Of a stretch of 64,000 bases of DNA, positions 35,420 to 48,812 are shown in pieces. A program made the position numbers and the translations under genes. Every line of letters begins with the position of its first letter. Positions within the stretch are counted from its first letter, which is position 1. This DNA is from Minutocellus sp. GHC0000111 (lineage: Eukaryota), in NCBI GenBank assembly GCA_977018835.1, contig OZ361256.1, positions 4,030,001 to 4,094,000 of the forward strand. Reading direction: 5' to 3'. The notes beneath the pieces are model-generated. The model saw only the letters and a program-made list of their open reading frames with translations. It had not been told where the DNA came from and searched no databases.

Positions 35420-35840
35420 TTATTTTCCAAAGTCATCGATGAATCCTGAAGATTGCAGAGAAGAGTGAGATTGAGTTAGAATTGGTTGGATGTATCAATC
35501 CGATATTGCATAGGAAAGGGAAATCCTCATATGTAGACTACCGGTACTTTGTACTGCCGTAATAATGCATCTTCTCGTTCTTACCATCATAAAAGTTGCG
35601 ATGGGCTACCGGAACACGATCCTCAGTATCCCTATCTCTGTTGCCGGCACCACGATGACCACGAGGCGCACCACCACTGCCACCGGACTTCCTCCCGCCC
35701 TTCATCTTCGCACCGCCCACCAACTCGGGAGGGGCCTCGGCACCTCCGCCTCCACCGGCGGCTTGCTCGGCACTGCCGCTGCCGGTAGAGGAGCCGGCGG
35801 CGGCGGCAGCTGGAATCTCTTCCCCCTCGCTGACCTCCAT
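35420..35840 (-). CDS. Small acidic/Gly-rich protein, possible COP9 signalosome subunit 9 (CSNAP/MYEOV2-like); intron 35584-35446
   Basis: The spliced C-terminus 'VPVAHRNFYD/GFIDDFGK*' resembles the CSN9 F/D-rich tail. Intron gtaag...ttcag. Confidence 0.4.
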
Positions 35841-36176
35841 TGTCGGGGGCTTTCTCTTCTTGTGCTGTGGAATGGTTGGACTAGTTGGAAAGTGGTCCGG
35901 CGCCTCTCTCTTGGGGAAGGGAGGCCGAACGTTGGGTGTGGTACTATTGTCTCCTTTGCTGGATTGTGGCGGAAACCGCCAACCGCTCGCTTCGACTTCG
36001 CTCCATAAAGAAACCCGGAAATAACAACCCTCCTGGCTGACTGCTCATCACATCTTGTTGTATCGGAAATCGGTAAGAGCCACCGCTGCAGACCACCAAG
36101 CAAGCATCACTGCGCCATTTGCGGTTACATCACATCCCAAACACCCTTCGTGTTTGCGTTTTTGAGTCAATCAATA

Positions 36177-38468
36177 ATGGCTACCAGCGATAAGTACGAT
36201 AGGCAGCTCCGTCTTTGGGGGACAGCTGGCCAGCGGGCACTCGGAGAGACGACCATCGTCCTCATCAATGCCACCGCAAGTGGAACGGAGACGCTCAAGA
36301 ATCTGGGTAAGCTGGGCTATTCGTTGTGAGAATTTTCATATCTTTATCGTTAGGTTTTCGTCACGGGCATTCAAGCATGACGCGTGTAGCGCCATATCAC
36401 AAGATACTTGTGCCGTACTGCAGTACGTCCCGCGACTTTATTTGCTGTCTGGCCGGCATGCACACATTCATCAACATTACTGACCATTCTGCATCTCCAT
36501 TATGTCTACCCATGCATTTAGTCCTCCCTGGCGTCGGTGCAATCCACGTCGTTGATGCCGCTGATAAGCCTCCGGTTCCCAATTCATCTGACCAGGTCTT
36601 CGACAACTTCTTTGTCTTTGATGATTCGTCGGCCAATGAGATGGAGGTTGAGGGTGCCAATGCTTCAGCAGATGACGGTGATATCAGCAAGTCCCCCACG
36701 AGGGCCGAAGTGGCATGCAAGTATCTGTGCGAGCTCAATCCGGATGTATCCGGTGATTACACCACCGTCCCATCTCTCTCAAGTGCCAACTATGGTTCGG
36801 TCCTCGATGATATCGTCAAGAAGCAGTCGACTACGCCGTCACCTTCTCTTCTGATTGTGGCCAGTGACCTTCCACCCAAGCCACTTCTCAGCCTATCACG
36901 CGAGGCATGGGATCGTGGAATTCCACTCCTCATCGTTCGGAGCTGTGGCATGATCGGATCAGTGCGTCTTCAGGTTGAGTATCATCCCGTGGTGGAATCC
37001 AAGCCCGATTCGACCGTGCCGGATCTGCGTCTTTCGGACCCATCCGGTCCGTTCCCTGCCCTCAAGGCCTTGGCGGATGCCACCGATATGGACAGTATGG
37101 ACAATGCCGAACATTCCCACGTCCCGTACGTGATCATCCTTCTCAAGGCATTGGCCAAGTGGCGTTCTGGTCTCAGCTCTTCAGAGGATGCCGCCAAATC
37201 GGATATGCTATCGGGACAGGTCCGTTTCCCCAAAAGCACGGCCGAGAAGGATTCGTTCCGTGCCACCATCAAGAGCATGGCCCGCAACTACAACGATGAT
37301 CTCAACTTCCAGGAGGCACGTGGGGATGCCTACCTTGCGTACGCCGAAAGGGAGATTCCGTGGGAAGTTCAAGAACTCCTGGATGCTACCACGGACGAGT
37401 CGGTGATGGCCACCATCCAAAAATTCGCCGCCAGCGGTGCTGGGTTGAGAAATGTCCGCTTTGCTGTCCTCCTGCTTGCTCTGAAGCGATTCCTTGCTCA
37501 GAGCGATGGGCGCTGGCCCCCCCTGGATGGCAAAATTCCCGATATGACTGCTTCTACTGGTGAGTTTGTATTTTACTCGCTGGATTGCTCTGCTTACATC
37601 GGGAGAGGAATCGAATGGCGCCTGGATTGACCGATGTGTGGCGTGATGTCTTTGTGTATGTACTTGTATTTGAAGCTTTGTCGCCCCATTCCGGTTTCTA
37701 ATATTCCAATATTCTTTTTACATTTTCCGGCATTGTGCGATTCTATCAAAAGAGCCCTACATTGCGCTTCAAGCTTGTTACAAGCAGCGTGCCGATGAGG
37801 ACAGAGCTGCCGTCCGAGCTGCTGTCGATGCCATCCTCGCTGAGCAGAAGGCCAAGGTTGGTGACGGTACTGCTATCCCGGATGTTAGCAATGAGGACGT
37901 AGCTGCCTTTTGTCGCAACGTTCAGAATCTGCGCAAGATTGTGACCCGTTCTTACGCTGAAGAATGGGAAACCCACGCTCCTTCCGCCGACGGCGAGGAC
38001 GCTCCCATGCCGACGCCTCAAGAGGAAGAGATTCGTGGCGACCTCATGATGGCTACGATGGACCCCTACGAAGTGCCTGAGCACACTCCCCTCCTATGGC
38101 ACTGTGCTCTCCGCGCGGCCGACATCTTTTGTGAGCGCAACGGACGCTACCCCGGCACCCCTCTGGACGCCGATGACAAGGCGCTGGAGGCAGATGCCAA
38201 GGAAGTCCAAGCTATCCTCGAACCCATCTGTGCCGCAATGGGCCTTGAGGACACCGACCTTGTCAAGTCGACTCTCCTCAGCGGATCGATGGCCCATGCT
38301 TCAGAAATGGTACGCTTTGGCAACGCCGAGCTGCACAATGTTGCCTCCGTCCTCGGTGGCGTCGCGAGCCAAGAGGCTGTCAAGATCATCACCGGCCAAT
38401 ATGTCCCCCTTGACAACACCTATGTCTATAATGGCATCGCTGGAACGGCGGTTGTATACAAGTTATGA
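36177..38468 (+). CDS. NAE1: NEDD8-activating enzyme E1 regulatory subunit (APPBP1/ULA1); introns 36307-36521 and 37560-37752
   Basis: '[12 protein letters not shown]', '[14 protein letters not shown]', 'ELNPDV', 'HSHVPY', 'GKIPDMTA', '[31 protein letters not shown]'. Confidence 0.93.
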
Positions 38469-38764
38469 GCCAAGTGTTTCCTCTGAGCGAAGCTTTCGTA
38501 GTGCGAATGGGATAGAAAAGAACAACTAAGAGAAGAGGAGGGAAGGAGAGGCGGACTGGGTTGCTCATTGGGCATCGAGTCTCCGTGTTATGTCGTAATG
38601 TATGTGGTATCGTTTACCACTGAAATACGCCTCAATACTTCTTTCGTCTAATCAAATATTTAGAGGGGTGAAATACAACTAGCTAGAACCGGCTATTCCA
38701 ATTGGCTACTAGACTTATTCTCTGCCTTTAACAGCTTCCATCTTTACGCTTTGGTGCAGTCAAT

Positions 38765-41700
38765 TCATTTAGAAGACGTTGGTGGTGGCTTCTTCTGCAA
38801 AAATATGTGCGTTTCCTTCTCCGATGATGGCAGATAGCCATCCTTTTTAATGTCCTTGAAGTCCTTCGCTCCCAGCAAGGTGATGTGTCTGCGCAGCTCG
38901 TTTTCATTGATTCTAACTCGGGTTGCGTCTTCACCACCATCCACGAGCTCAAAATTACCATTACGGTCGAGAAGCTGAATCTCAAGGCTCCTGGATGCGC
39001 ATGCACGCTTTGAACCCTCGAAATTAATAATGCGGCCGATCCGCTCGGTGCTCTTGGTCCTTCCGAACTCGACAATGTCACCACATTCAGAGCGGACCGG
39101 AATCTCGTCAATCTTTACCTTCATCTCATACATCGCATCGCCATTTTCATTTGAATTGGAGGCATCAGGGTAGAGAATGTAGCGTTCGCTAACCCTAACC
39201 CGTCGGTATCCCAGGCCAAATATTCTCTCTCAACGATGCATTGGAGGGCCCAAGAAAGGTCGATAATCGGTATCTTGGCGATTCCATCTGACGTTTTGGC
39301 GTTACCACTCTTGACGAAATTCATACATCGACTAATGTTGGATGGTACCGCGGTGGTATGGGGAGGGAGAGAGTTACGATCGACGAGGAGGGCGTCCAAG
39401 TGGCATTTCTTGCCACTCTTCAGCGTCGAGCTTTTGACAATTGTGGCGCCAGCGGCTCGAAGGACGGCCTCCCATTGGGTCTCAAATTTGCTGTTCTCGA
39501 GTGCAACGGCGAGCTTCAGTCCCTTGAAGATGAGTTTTCCATTCTCCTGGCCTGGACGACACCAACGCTTGGCATGGCGAGCCTTTTGTAGGTGGTAAAG
39601 ACCGGTCTTGATGGATAGGCCAACGGGGAGGCGCATTGCCTTGAACAGATCACTGTTGTAGGGCAACTGCTTGATTGCATCTGCCTTACTGTCGTCGTCC
39701 TCGTCGCTATTTTCAATCGCCTCGTATTTATTCTGAATAGCCTTGAGCCAAGAATAATGCAACATTGGAACGCCGAGGGCCGATGCTAGGATGTACTTGA
39801 GCTTGCGCCTCTGCTGAACATTGGATACAAAGAAAAGGCTGCCGTAGATGGTGGTGTCATCCAGTGTCGAAACATCACTCAAATACTCTCCTCCGAGAGC
39901 CTTAATGATGTCGGCGTGCTTGGTATCTAGGCCAGATCCAATGAATGACAATCCATTGAAAGGCAATATTTTCCCATTGTCTCCACGCTTGGTGGATTTG
40001 CGCCGAGCAAAGGTACTACTTGCATCGGATTGAGACTGCGACATTTCGTCGAGGCTGTCGCACAGCTGGTAGGGTACTTGCGATAGGCGAGTGTCGATGG
40101 ATGAAGGAGCCTCTTCCTTTTGTGGCGAGCGTGTCTTTTGCCTCTTCCGTCCCGATGACGTCGCTGACGACTTTGCGGCGGAAGCAGGGGAAGCCGACCT
40201 CTTCTTCGGCGACGGTGTGACATCCTGGAGAGATCGAAGTCGAGCAGCTCGTAGGGCCTCGATTCCTTTTGGTGTGACGATATCTTCGTAGTCTGGAATA
40301 GATGGATTCACGGCTCGGCTGTCATTTGCTACCTCCAGAGTGGCTGCAGCTGCGGCTTTACCACTGGTTGAATCAGTGTTGGAAGCTGCACCTGATGCGT
40401 TCATCATGAGCAAAGTTTCCACGCCCTCCATGGTGTTCTGGGATAGCGGGGGTGGCTCGGAGAACGCAACGCTCTTGGCTTTCCGCGGTGACGGTGACAT
40501 TTTCAGAGGCGAGGTCGGTTTTGGCTCGGGAGACCCAGCAGCTTTGGCGTTCTTCTTTGACTTATTTGCCCCTTTCTTGGTGGTCTTGGCCTTGGACTTG
40601 GCCTTGGCCTTGGCGGGAGAAGGTTTGGTCTTCTTTTCGCGTGCCGAGTAAACAAAGGGCGATGCCTCGTGTGTCTTTCGACGATTTCGCCTTCCACCGC
40701 CAATATCAGGATTGTTGCGCGATTCGCTGTAGGCGACGTTGTTCTCGGTAGCTCTTCTCAGCACGACCTCAAAAGCCTGGACCTGTTCAATACTTGCTTC
40801 CAGAAGGCTTGGGTCGACCTGCTGAATCTCTTGCAACACCTTGAGTACCACGGCCTCCTCTGTTTCGAAGTAATCGACACCCTGCTTGCCTTCTGAACCC
40901 TTGGATTGAGGTGCAACGTACCAGTAGGATCGTTGGGCGAGCTGCCCTTTGCTTCTCGCCCAACCCCACTTGAGGTCATCCTTGTCCTTGCCGCCCTGGC
41001 CGTCCTTGAGCATATCCCACATTGGTTTCCAGAGCAAATTAATGAAAGATGAATCGTCACCTGAGAGCTTGGAGAACTTTCTAATGAGTCTGGCACACAA
41101 GTATACAGAGTGAGGTGTTAGAATCCTGGCGTCGCCACACAAGGAGGTATCATCGAGGTTTGCAATGATATCATCGTCATCATCATCATCTTCTTCTTCA
41201 ACTTCGCTTTCCTCGACCTCCTCTTCCACTGCCTCTTCAACAGATCTCTCGTCGGCATTGCTCTCGCCATCGACATCCTCTTGTTCGGAAGCAGAGTCTT
41301 GCTCCTCCTCCTCTTCGTCCTCCTCATCTTCGTATTCATCATCGTCATCGTCGTCGCGCTCATCGGCTGAGTGATCACCGATAGAAAGCGAAACGTGCGC
41401 GCCGGCTGGGCTGGTAGCGGCATTGACCTGCTTCTGAGCGTATCCACCACGGCGGCGCCCTCTCTGACCTGATTGGATAGAAGCTTCTTCAGCAGCCGAA
41501 TCGCCATCCTCGTCGCCATCGTCCTCGGCGGCATCACTGTCGACATCACCGATTTCTTCCTCTTCCTCCATATTATCTTCTACCACCTCCTCGATTGGTT
41601 GGACGACAAACCCTGCTTTCTTGGCCTCGGCATACAGATAAACACCGTCTTCATAAAAGTCTTGATTGATGCCCACCACGTTGAGGTGCTTAATGCCAGG

Positions 41701-44700
41701 CCGAACGTACACATTGTTGTAAGGCTCCGGCCCAGACCGCCACGTCCAGCCACGCTCGTCACGAAGAAAATTCCATATCGTTGACACCCGAATATGCTCC
41801 ATGCCCTTTGGTATCAAGTCACGCGCCGAAACACCTCTTCGAGAGCGACTGCGACCATTAGGTGGTGCATTCGAAGCGGTAGAGGCAACAGCTGGGGTCG
41901 ACTTGTGTCCTTTACGTCCGGTTGCCTTGCCTTTACTGGCACTATTTGAGCTCTTGTGCTTCTCGAAGTTAAGTTTCTTTCCAACCCTCTTGGCTTTAGG
42001 AGTGGTGTCAAGCTTGGCCAAAGTGGTGTTCTCGTCGTCCGAAGATTCATCATTGTCACGCATTGATCGCGATTTCTTCTGCTCCTTTCTCCTCTTTCTG
42101 CCAGAGGTACTGGAAGCAGCCGCTTCCGTCTTGGCCGGCAATCTTCCTCTTGCTTTGATTGATGAAGGAGGTACAACGACGGGTGCCGTTGCCGTGGAAT
42201 TGGCCTGCCTCTTACGAGCCGATGGGTTCTTGGATGAAGATATGGATTTCTTCGCCCTTTCCTTGGCCGGAGGAGAAGCAGTCTGAGAATCGATGCTACT
42301 GTCCGATTCCGGGGCAGATGCCTCGTCATTGCCATCATTCATCGCTGGAAGCGTACCAGCCTGAGCCATCTTGTTGAACTTGGTTAGGAGAACCTTCATC
42401 TCTTGATTTTGAGTGATTTTCTTTTCCAGACTCTGAAGAGAAATAAGAAACGCAGCGAAAAGCGAGGCAGGGGTGAGGATTGGAAACACCAGGACAAGAT
42501 AATCAAATTAAAATGTGCGAGCATACGAAGTTGAACTCGAGAGACTCACTTTTTTCAGAACGGCATTCTCCGCTCGGACCTTGTTATAGCCCTCCTTGAG
42601 CTTGTTGCATTTCCTTTCAAGCCGCTCTACCTTGCGCTTTAATTTCACCACCTGAGTGTCGCTATTGCGTGCTTCTGTAAACTTTTGCAGGGCACCTTTC
42701 GCCTGACCAATCAAATTGTCAATATCAATAGTATTCTGGCTCGGCATCACATCATAATCATTATCAGACGATGATACGGACGCATCGTCGCCGATTCCAT
42801 CGATCTGAAATTCCTTCTCTTCTTCATCCGACGATTCATGCTTCGAAGCATCGGCACTGAGCATTGCGAGCGAATCTTGCACTTGGTAGTCAGAGGAAGA
42901 CTTGCGTTTCGCTTTTTTTTCCCTCGTGGGATGACGCCGAGGGAGGCGGGGATTGCTCTTTGTCCGTGCTAGCGTCACGTCTCAGACGCTTCTTCAGGCG
43001 CTTCCTTGCAGATGAAGTTCGGGCACTCTGTGCAAAGGGGTTGTTTTTCATCCTATCATCCAATTCCTCGTCATTTTCGCTTTCGGAGGGGCTATCCTGA
43101 GTATCTTGGAGAGCATGGTTGTTGTTACGCCTAATGGCCGCAGTCCTGGCGTTTCTTGCAACCATACCTTCGTCGTCCGAAGAAGAGAACGCATCAGCTT
43201 CAACCTCAAGCTCTTTCTTGCGTTCAGCAGCTCTTTGCTTCGCATTACTTGGCAAGAAGAGTCGCGGCGTTGGCTCACTTCCACCTTCCGTATCAAATTC
43301 TTCTTCCACCTCTGACTCGCTTTGGTCCTTTTCCGTGCGAGCAGTATCGGCCGCAGCATTTTTCTTGTGATTGCTCTTCTGATGTTTGTGGATCCACTGG
43401 GCAGGAGGAGCCGGAGTCCTCTTGAAAGCGGAAGAATTGGTCCCACCGGCAGAGATTGGCTTGGCAGCCATATTATCCATCCTCTCTTCCTTGTCGTCTT
43501 TCTCAGCACCATCTACATTGGCTGATTGCTTCTTGTCGCCAGCGGTAGGTGCTGCATTAGTATGAGAGTCGCCGATATCTTTCGGAGGGGATCGAGATTC
43601 AACCGCATCCGCATGGCCAAACTCATCTCTTCGTCAGAGTCAACAATGTCATCTTGAGAAGGACCCTTGCCTTCCAAATGATCATGCTTAGCGACAGCCT
43701 TGCTGCTGGCCTCGACCGACTTGAGCAGGGAAGACCTTTCGCTGTTGGAATTTGAGCTTGGCGGCACATCGTTTACGGGCGAAAGCAGTGGCTGGGAATG
43801 TGGGGATGATGAAAAGCTCAAACCAGATTTGTTTGGCGACGATGCCGAATCTGCCGTAGTTCTCTCCGAACTAGCGGGCGTTGCGGACTTCTTAGAACTT
43901 GGTGGAGGCGTAGCATCAATATCCTTTGTCGTACTGTCACCCTCGGCAATATTTTCTGCTCCCTTCTTGGTGCTTGCCGAGGTCGTCGAGAGAATGACTG
44001 TTGTGGCCTCAGAAGCCTTGGCAGGAGTTACGGTGTCGCGTCCCATCTTTTTTGAGCTCGCTGGAGTCGTTGAAAGCATTACCGTCGCCGCCTCTGATTC
44101 CAACCCCGCACCAGCCGGGGTGACAGGATCACCGGCGGGATGTTTCTTGGAGCTTGCTGGGGTTGTGGCCGTAGTTTGAGCACATGCAGCTCTTGCCTCG
44201 GATCCAGTAGGAGCTCCGTTCACAATCTCCTCGTCGACCGATCGCATGCTGGAACCGATATCCATGTCCTCTACTTCGTCTTGTGAGTCCTTTGGTCTAC
44301 TGACATGAGAATCTTGCATAGGAGTAGCTGCAACTACGGGTGAAGGCGAATCGACCTTCTTCTCCTCCACAGGCTCGAGATCGTCATTGCGTGGATAGGA
44401 GAAGCCAGCATTCGACCGCCCTTCAATGTACATCTGCGTGTGCGAAACGAGCGGAGTCGAGGCATCGTTATCGACCTCTTCTTCATTCCTTGAACCGTCA
44501 TTATTTTCTGCACTTTCCTGAAAGCGTTCAGTCTCGGCATTATCATACAGATCCCCAAGCTCGGCGGCAGACGAGGACGAGCCGCCGTTTCTCTCACGGG
44601 ATTCTTCAGCTTCATCGTTCTTTGTATTCTCAATTTGGCTCTCTCCCCGAGGAGAGGGCGCTTCATCATTAGAAGCTAGCGTTTCGGCGGCGCTTTTGGT

Positions 44701-46935
44701 TGGCGTGGTTGGCGAATGCTTCTCCTCAGCCAGGGAGCTAGTGGCACTTTGAGAACCGGCAACGGCCTCACCTTCCTGTCGACTAGTACTAGCAGATTGC
44801 AAGAGAGAGCATCCGGGCTTTGCTGGGCTATCCTCATTGGCAGTGAATCGATCCATACTGGGCATCACCATTTGCTCAGTATCGCCGCTGAAGACCGGCA
44901 AATCACCGAAGCTATCGTACGTGTCCTCAGATCCCTCTGCGAGCTTGCTCACCGAGCTCCGTTGTGACGACTCGTCTGCTTGAGCTCCTGCAGCTTCACT
45001 CTTTGTCGGACTGCCACCATATGGTGTAGCAGGTGGTGGCATCAGCTCGGCATCAGTAAGAAGCTGCTTCGGTGAGTTTGTTTCGCTTGCAGCGGCAGCT
45101 TTCGTAGTATCACTTTCCCCAGCCTTAGATGATTCCTTGGTAGTACTCGATTGAGAAGCACGAACAGCTGTTTCGTCGGCACCCGTCTGACCCATCACTG
45201 ACTCATGACCTTCATGATTATCGGTAGCAGCAGCAGAACCCGACTTTTGGACCGCAATATCCTTTGCTGATCCGTTATCTTCTTCTTCTCCAGCCCGGGA
45301 CTTTTCACCTGCCGTCTTTTCAGATTCCTGCTGAGACCATTCACTTTGCTCTGTCAGTCCAACAATTTCGGCATCGACGAGAGGAGTCGCAGATGGTGAA
45401 GCGGGCGCTATTTCCGAGCTATCGGCTGCGGCAGCTGCGGCAGCAACGTCACTGCTAGCACCGTCTTGCGAATTGCCAAAAGCAGAAACGGCTGTCTGCG
45501 TCTGGGTCTCGGTCTCCTCAGTAAGCCCTTCGACCATCTCTTCCTCCTCGATATCCTCCTCCTCCTCCTCCTCCTGCTGCTGCTGCTCAGCACTATCATC
45601 GCCATGGCCACCGCCATTTTCATCCGCATCATTAGCAGCATCGTCAGCATCTTCACCCTGACCGGTCTCTTCGGTATCAGCGGCACCACCAGCAAGAGTG
45701 GGTTGTGTCTGGCTTTCGGTCTGCTCGGTAAGACCGGTCACAAACATTCCCGTGTCCACATCCATAGGCTCTGCCTCTACTTCGGCAGTGGAAGCACCCA
45801 GCTCATCAGCAGTAGCAGTTTGCTCCGTATCACTTGGTACCGACGCCAGTGGCTCGGTCGCACTTCCCTCCTGCTCCTCCTGCTCGCGGCCTTCATCGGT
45901 ATTGGCATTGACACCAGGCGCAAGAAGATCCTGAGACCGCTCTTCGGTATCGGAATCATCGTCACTCGCATCTTGAGCTGGTGCTACACTTGCCGAATTG
46001 CCATCGCCATCGCCATCGGAATCAGAAGAGTCATCATCGGATGAATCATCTCCAAAGCCCCCGCCCTGAGTCAAAAGCCCACCGCTCTGTGCAAGCGCCG
46101 ACTCTTCCATGGAACCAAACTCTTCGTCGTCGTCGTCATCATCGCCGTCGCTCCCATCGGCCTGGTCACCCTGGTTGCCACGGCCACCGATGATGGTCCC
46201 GACGGCAATACCATCCGCAGGCTGGTAGATGCCATCCTGCGCAATTGCGGCCTCATCCTCACTGTTTACTTCCATCTCTCCCTCGTCGTCACTACCATCA
46301 CCGCGATCATTATCATCCTCGTCGTCATGCGCCCTGTCCCTGTGATCTTCCGTCATGGTGAGAGGCGACATGCAATCGCCGTCTTGTGCCGGTGCAGCAG
46401 TCGCTGCATCACCCGATGCACGAGCCGACGGGACAAACTTCTCTGTATCTTGGTTGTAGTCGCTGCATGGTGAAGAAGGGTAAAGTATATTCGGTGAGAT
46501 AACAAGACATGGTGTTTGGATACAACATGCACGGCGTGCACCAACGCCGATGCTTCAGTTGAGCAACACTTACACGCTCGGAGTCATATCGTCGTCGTCA
46601 CCGTCTTCGGTGTCCTCGTCGGCAGCAGCAGCAGGAGCAGTATGTCCAGCCGCCGCCGCGGCATCCTTGGCAACAGCGCCACCACCAGCGGCAGTGCCAT
46701 CACCACCCGCCGTCGGGTTGGACGGAGAAGTCAACGGGCCCAACGAGGCCAGGACACCTCCCTGACTCATCTGGCTGCCCTGGCTGCTGCCGCCGGCACC
46801 TTCCGCATCATCCTTGCTTGGTGAGTTGCCCATCGTTTCACCGTCAGCCATCGGAGTGGGATGGTAGCTACAGTGCTGCGAGGGGGTTTCCGGCGGGGTG
46901 AAGTCCAGTCCGTCCTCGGCCGTCTCGCCGTCCAT
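38765..46935 (-). CDS. Very large SQ/TQ-rich protein with C-terminal tandem BRCT (53BP1/Rad9/MDC1-type DNA-damage mediator); multi-exon with several apparent frameshifts, 5' extent uncertain
   Basis: Consecutive minus-strand ORFs 46570-46935, 43513-46371, 42890-43480, 42508-42978, 39121-42489 and 38765-39133. BRCT1 'FNGLSF..IIKALGG..KYILASALGVPMLHYSWL', BRCT2 'IFKGLKL..VLRAAGA..IIDLSWALQCI'. Many acidic SQ/TQ sites. Confidence 0.65.
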
Positions 46936-47487
46936 TCAGTGAGTTTGGTTGGCTGTGATGGATGAATGGGGCCCAACACGAGCAGTAGTTTTTGTGCAAA
47001 GTCAAATGATACGACGTGTGTGTGTGAGCGCAGAGATAGATGAATACAAATGTGCAGATACGCAGCAATGAAGCATAAATCTGGCAATGAATGCAGGCAA
47101 GATGCAATTACTTACCACGAAAAGAGATTGCCGTGGGGCAAAAGAGGTCAATGGCTCGGAGGGCGTGGGACTGATGCGGCGGCGGAGAGCGGAGTGGGAG
47201 GAGTGATGATGAGCCAAATCGGCCGAGACCGCAATCAGCCCAAAGCTGGCCGAGATGTGTCGAAAATAAGGGAACCGCAATAACAAGAGCGCTAATTCTC
47301 TTCAACGAGACGGATGCCAGGGTGGTTTCAAGGTCGTGCAAGCCTTGGCGTTGACCGGCCTTGACGAGTTGAGTTGCTCGCCGATGAGTTGTGGCGGTTG
47401 CGGGTGGGCGGGCAGGTTAGGTTGCAAGCAAGCCGGCTCGAGAGGCGAGATTCGAAAAATCTCGCCACTTGCAGGAAGACCAGAAGG

Positions 47488-48521
47488 ATGCGAGATGAGA
47501 TGAGGATACCAATAGCAACCCAATCCGAGGCGCCGCAGCTTGTCGATATCGAGCAGGCGAGGAAGTTGGAAGAAGAAGCGGCGGCAGCGGAGGCAGAGGA
47601 AGTGGCAGCGGAGGAGGGGGAGGAGCAAACGACCAAAGAATTGCAGGAGACGACCAACGAAGCCAACGAAAGATTCCAATGGGATGGCGATGGTATGACG
47701 GCGACGATACTACATTTGCATGCAGTTTCGACTATGAGGACGATTCTTCCTCGGCCGACAACCTCCAGTGGTGGGATGGCGACGATGAAGACGATGACGA
47801 CTCTGAAGATCATCAAGAAGTCAAACTCGATGACATCGCCGAAGATCTCTCCACACCCCTCGTCGATCTCAACAATGAAATCGAGCAGCAGCACCTCGTC
47901 GAGATGCAATCTCCCACCTTCTATTTCCATGGCCAGATGCCCGATCTATCGGGAGAGAAAGGCACCTTTGGCAAATACGTTGACCGTGATGGGACCATTT
48001 ACGACGGTCAGTGGCGAGGCCACCACTACCACGGCTACGGCTCACTCACTGATCCTGTGGCAAATTCATTCTATGTTGGTCAGTTTGAGAATTCTCAGAT
48101 GGAAGGCCGGGGATGGATGAGTTACTTTGACGACGGGGTTGTCATTTCGGGCACATTCTCAGCATCGACTGACATCGTACAGGGGACCATACGATATCCC
48201 TCTGGAGACATGTACGTCGGTGACATCAAGGGCAAGTTGATGCACGGACGTGGCTTTCTGTACTACAGCCGTGGCGATTGGATTGCCCTCATCTCCAACG
48301 AGTTTGAGGAGGGCAGCCTCAATGGAGCGGAAGGGATCATCATCGAGGCGGATGGGCTGACGTTGCACCACGCGACCTTCATTTCTGGCATTGAGGAGAA
48401 TACCCTCGAAATCGACGAGACGATTGGCGTGTACACCATGGAGGAGCTCGGCCTCGGATACGAGGACATCCTTGCCTTTGGCTTGTTGGGCACCAATATG
48501 ACGGATCCTTTACTGCTTTGA
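47488..48521 (+). CDS. MORN-repeat protein (acidic N-terminus joined via an apparent frameshift ~47680)
   Basis: 'YDGQWRGHHYHGYG', 'YVGQFENSQMEGRG', 'YVGDIKGKLMHGRG'. Confidence 0.75.
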
Positions 48522-48812
48522 ACATTCGATTATCTAAGTGCCTATCATAGCAGCCTTGGGGATGATATGGCCACACCCAATTGGAGAGATTGGGATATGG
48601 CTGACTGGTTCGTCGTGACCTCGGCATTTTGTCTTGTTGTCCCTTTATTGAGACCGGTGGTTTTGCGTCGTATTATTCGCTTTCTTGCTTTTGACATTCT
48701 TAAACCCTTTCTTCGAGCCTTGTTTCATTCGGCGATGGTGCATCAATATAGGTACAAATACTTGTAGGAACACATCGGTGCTTGTGTCCTAATGTTAACA
48801 TTCGTAAATTTA

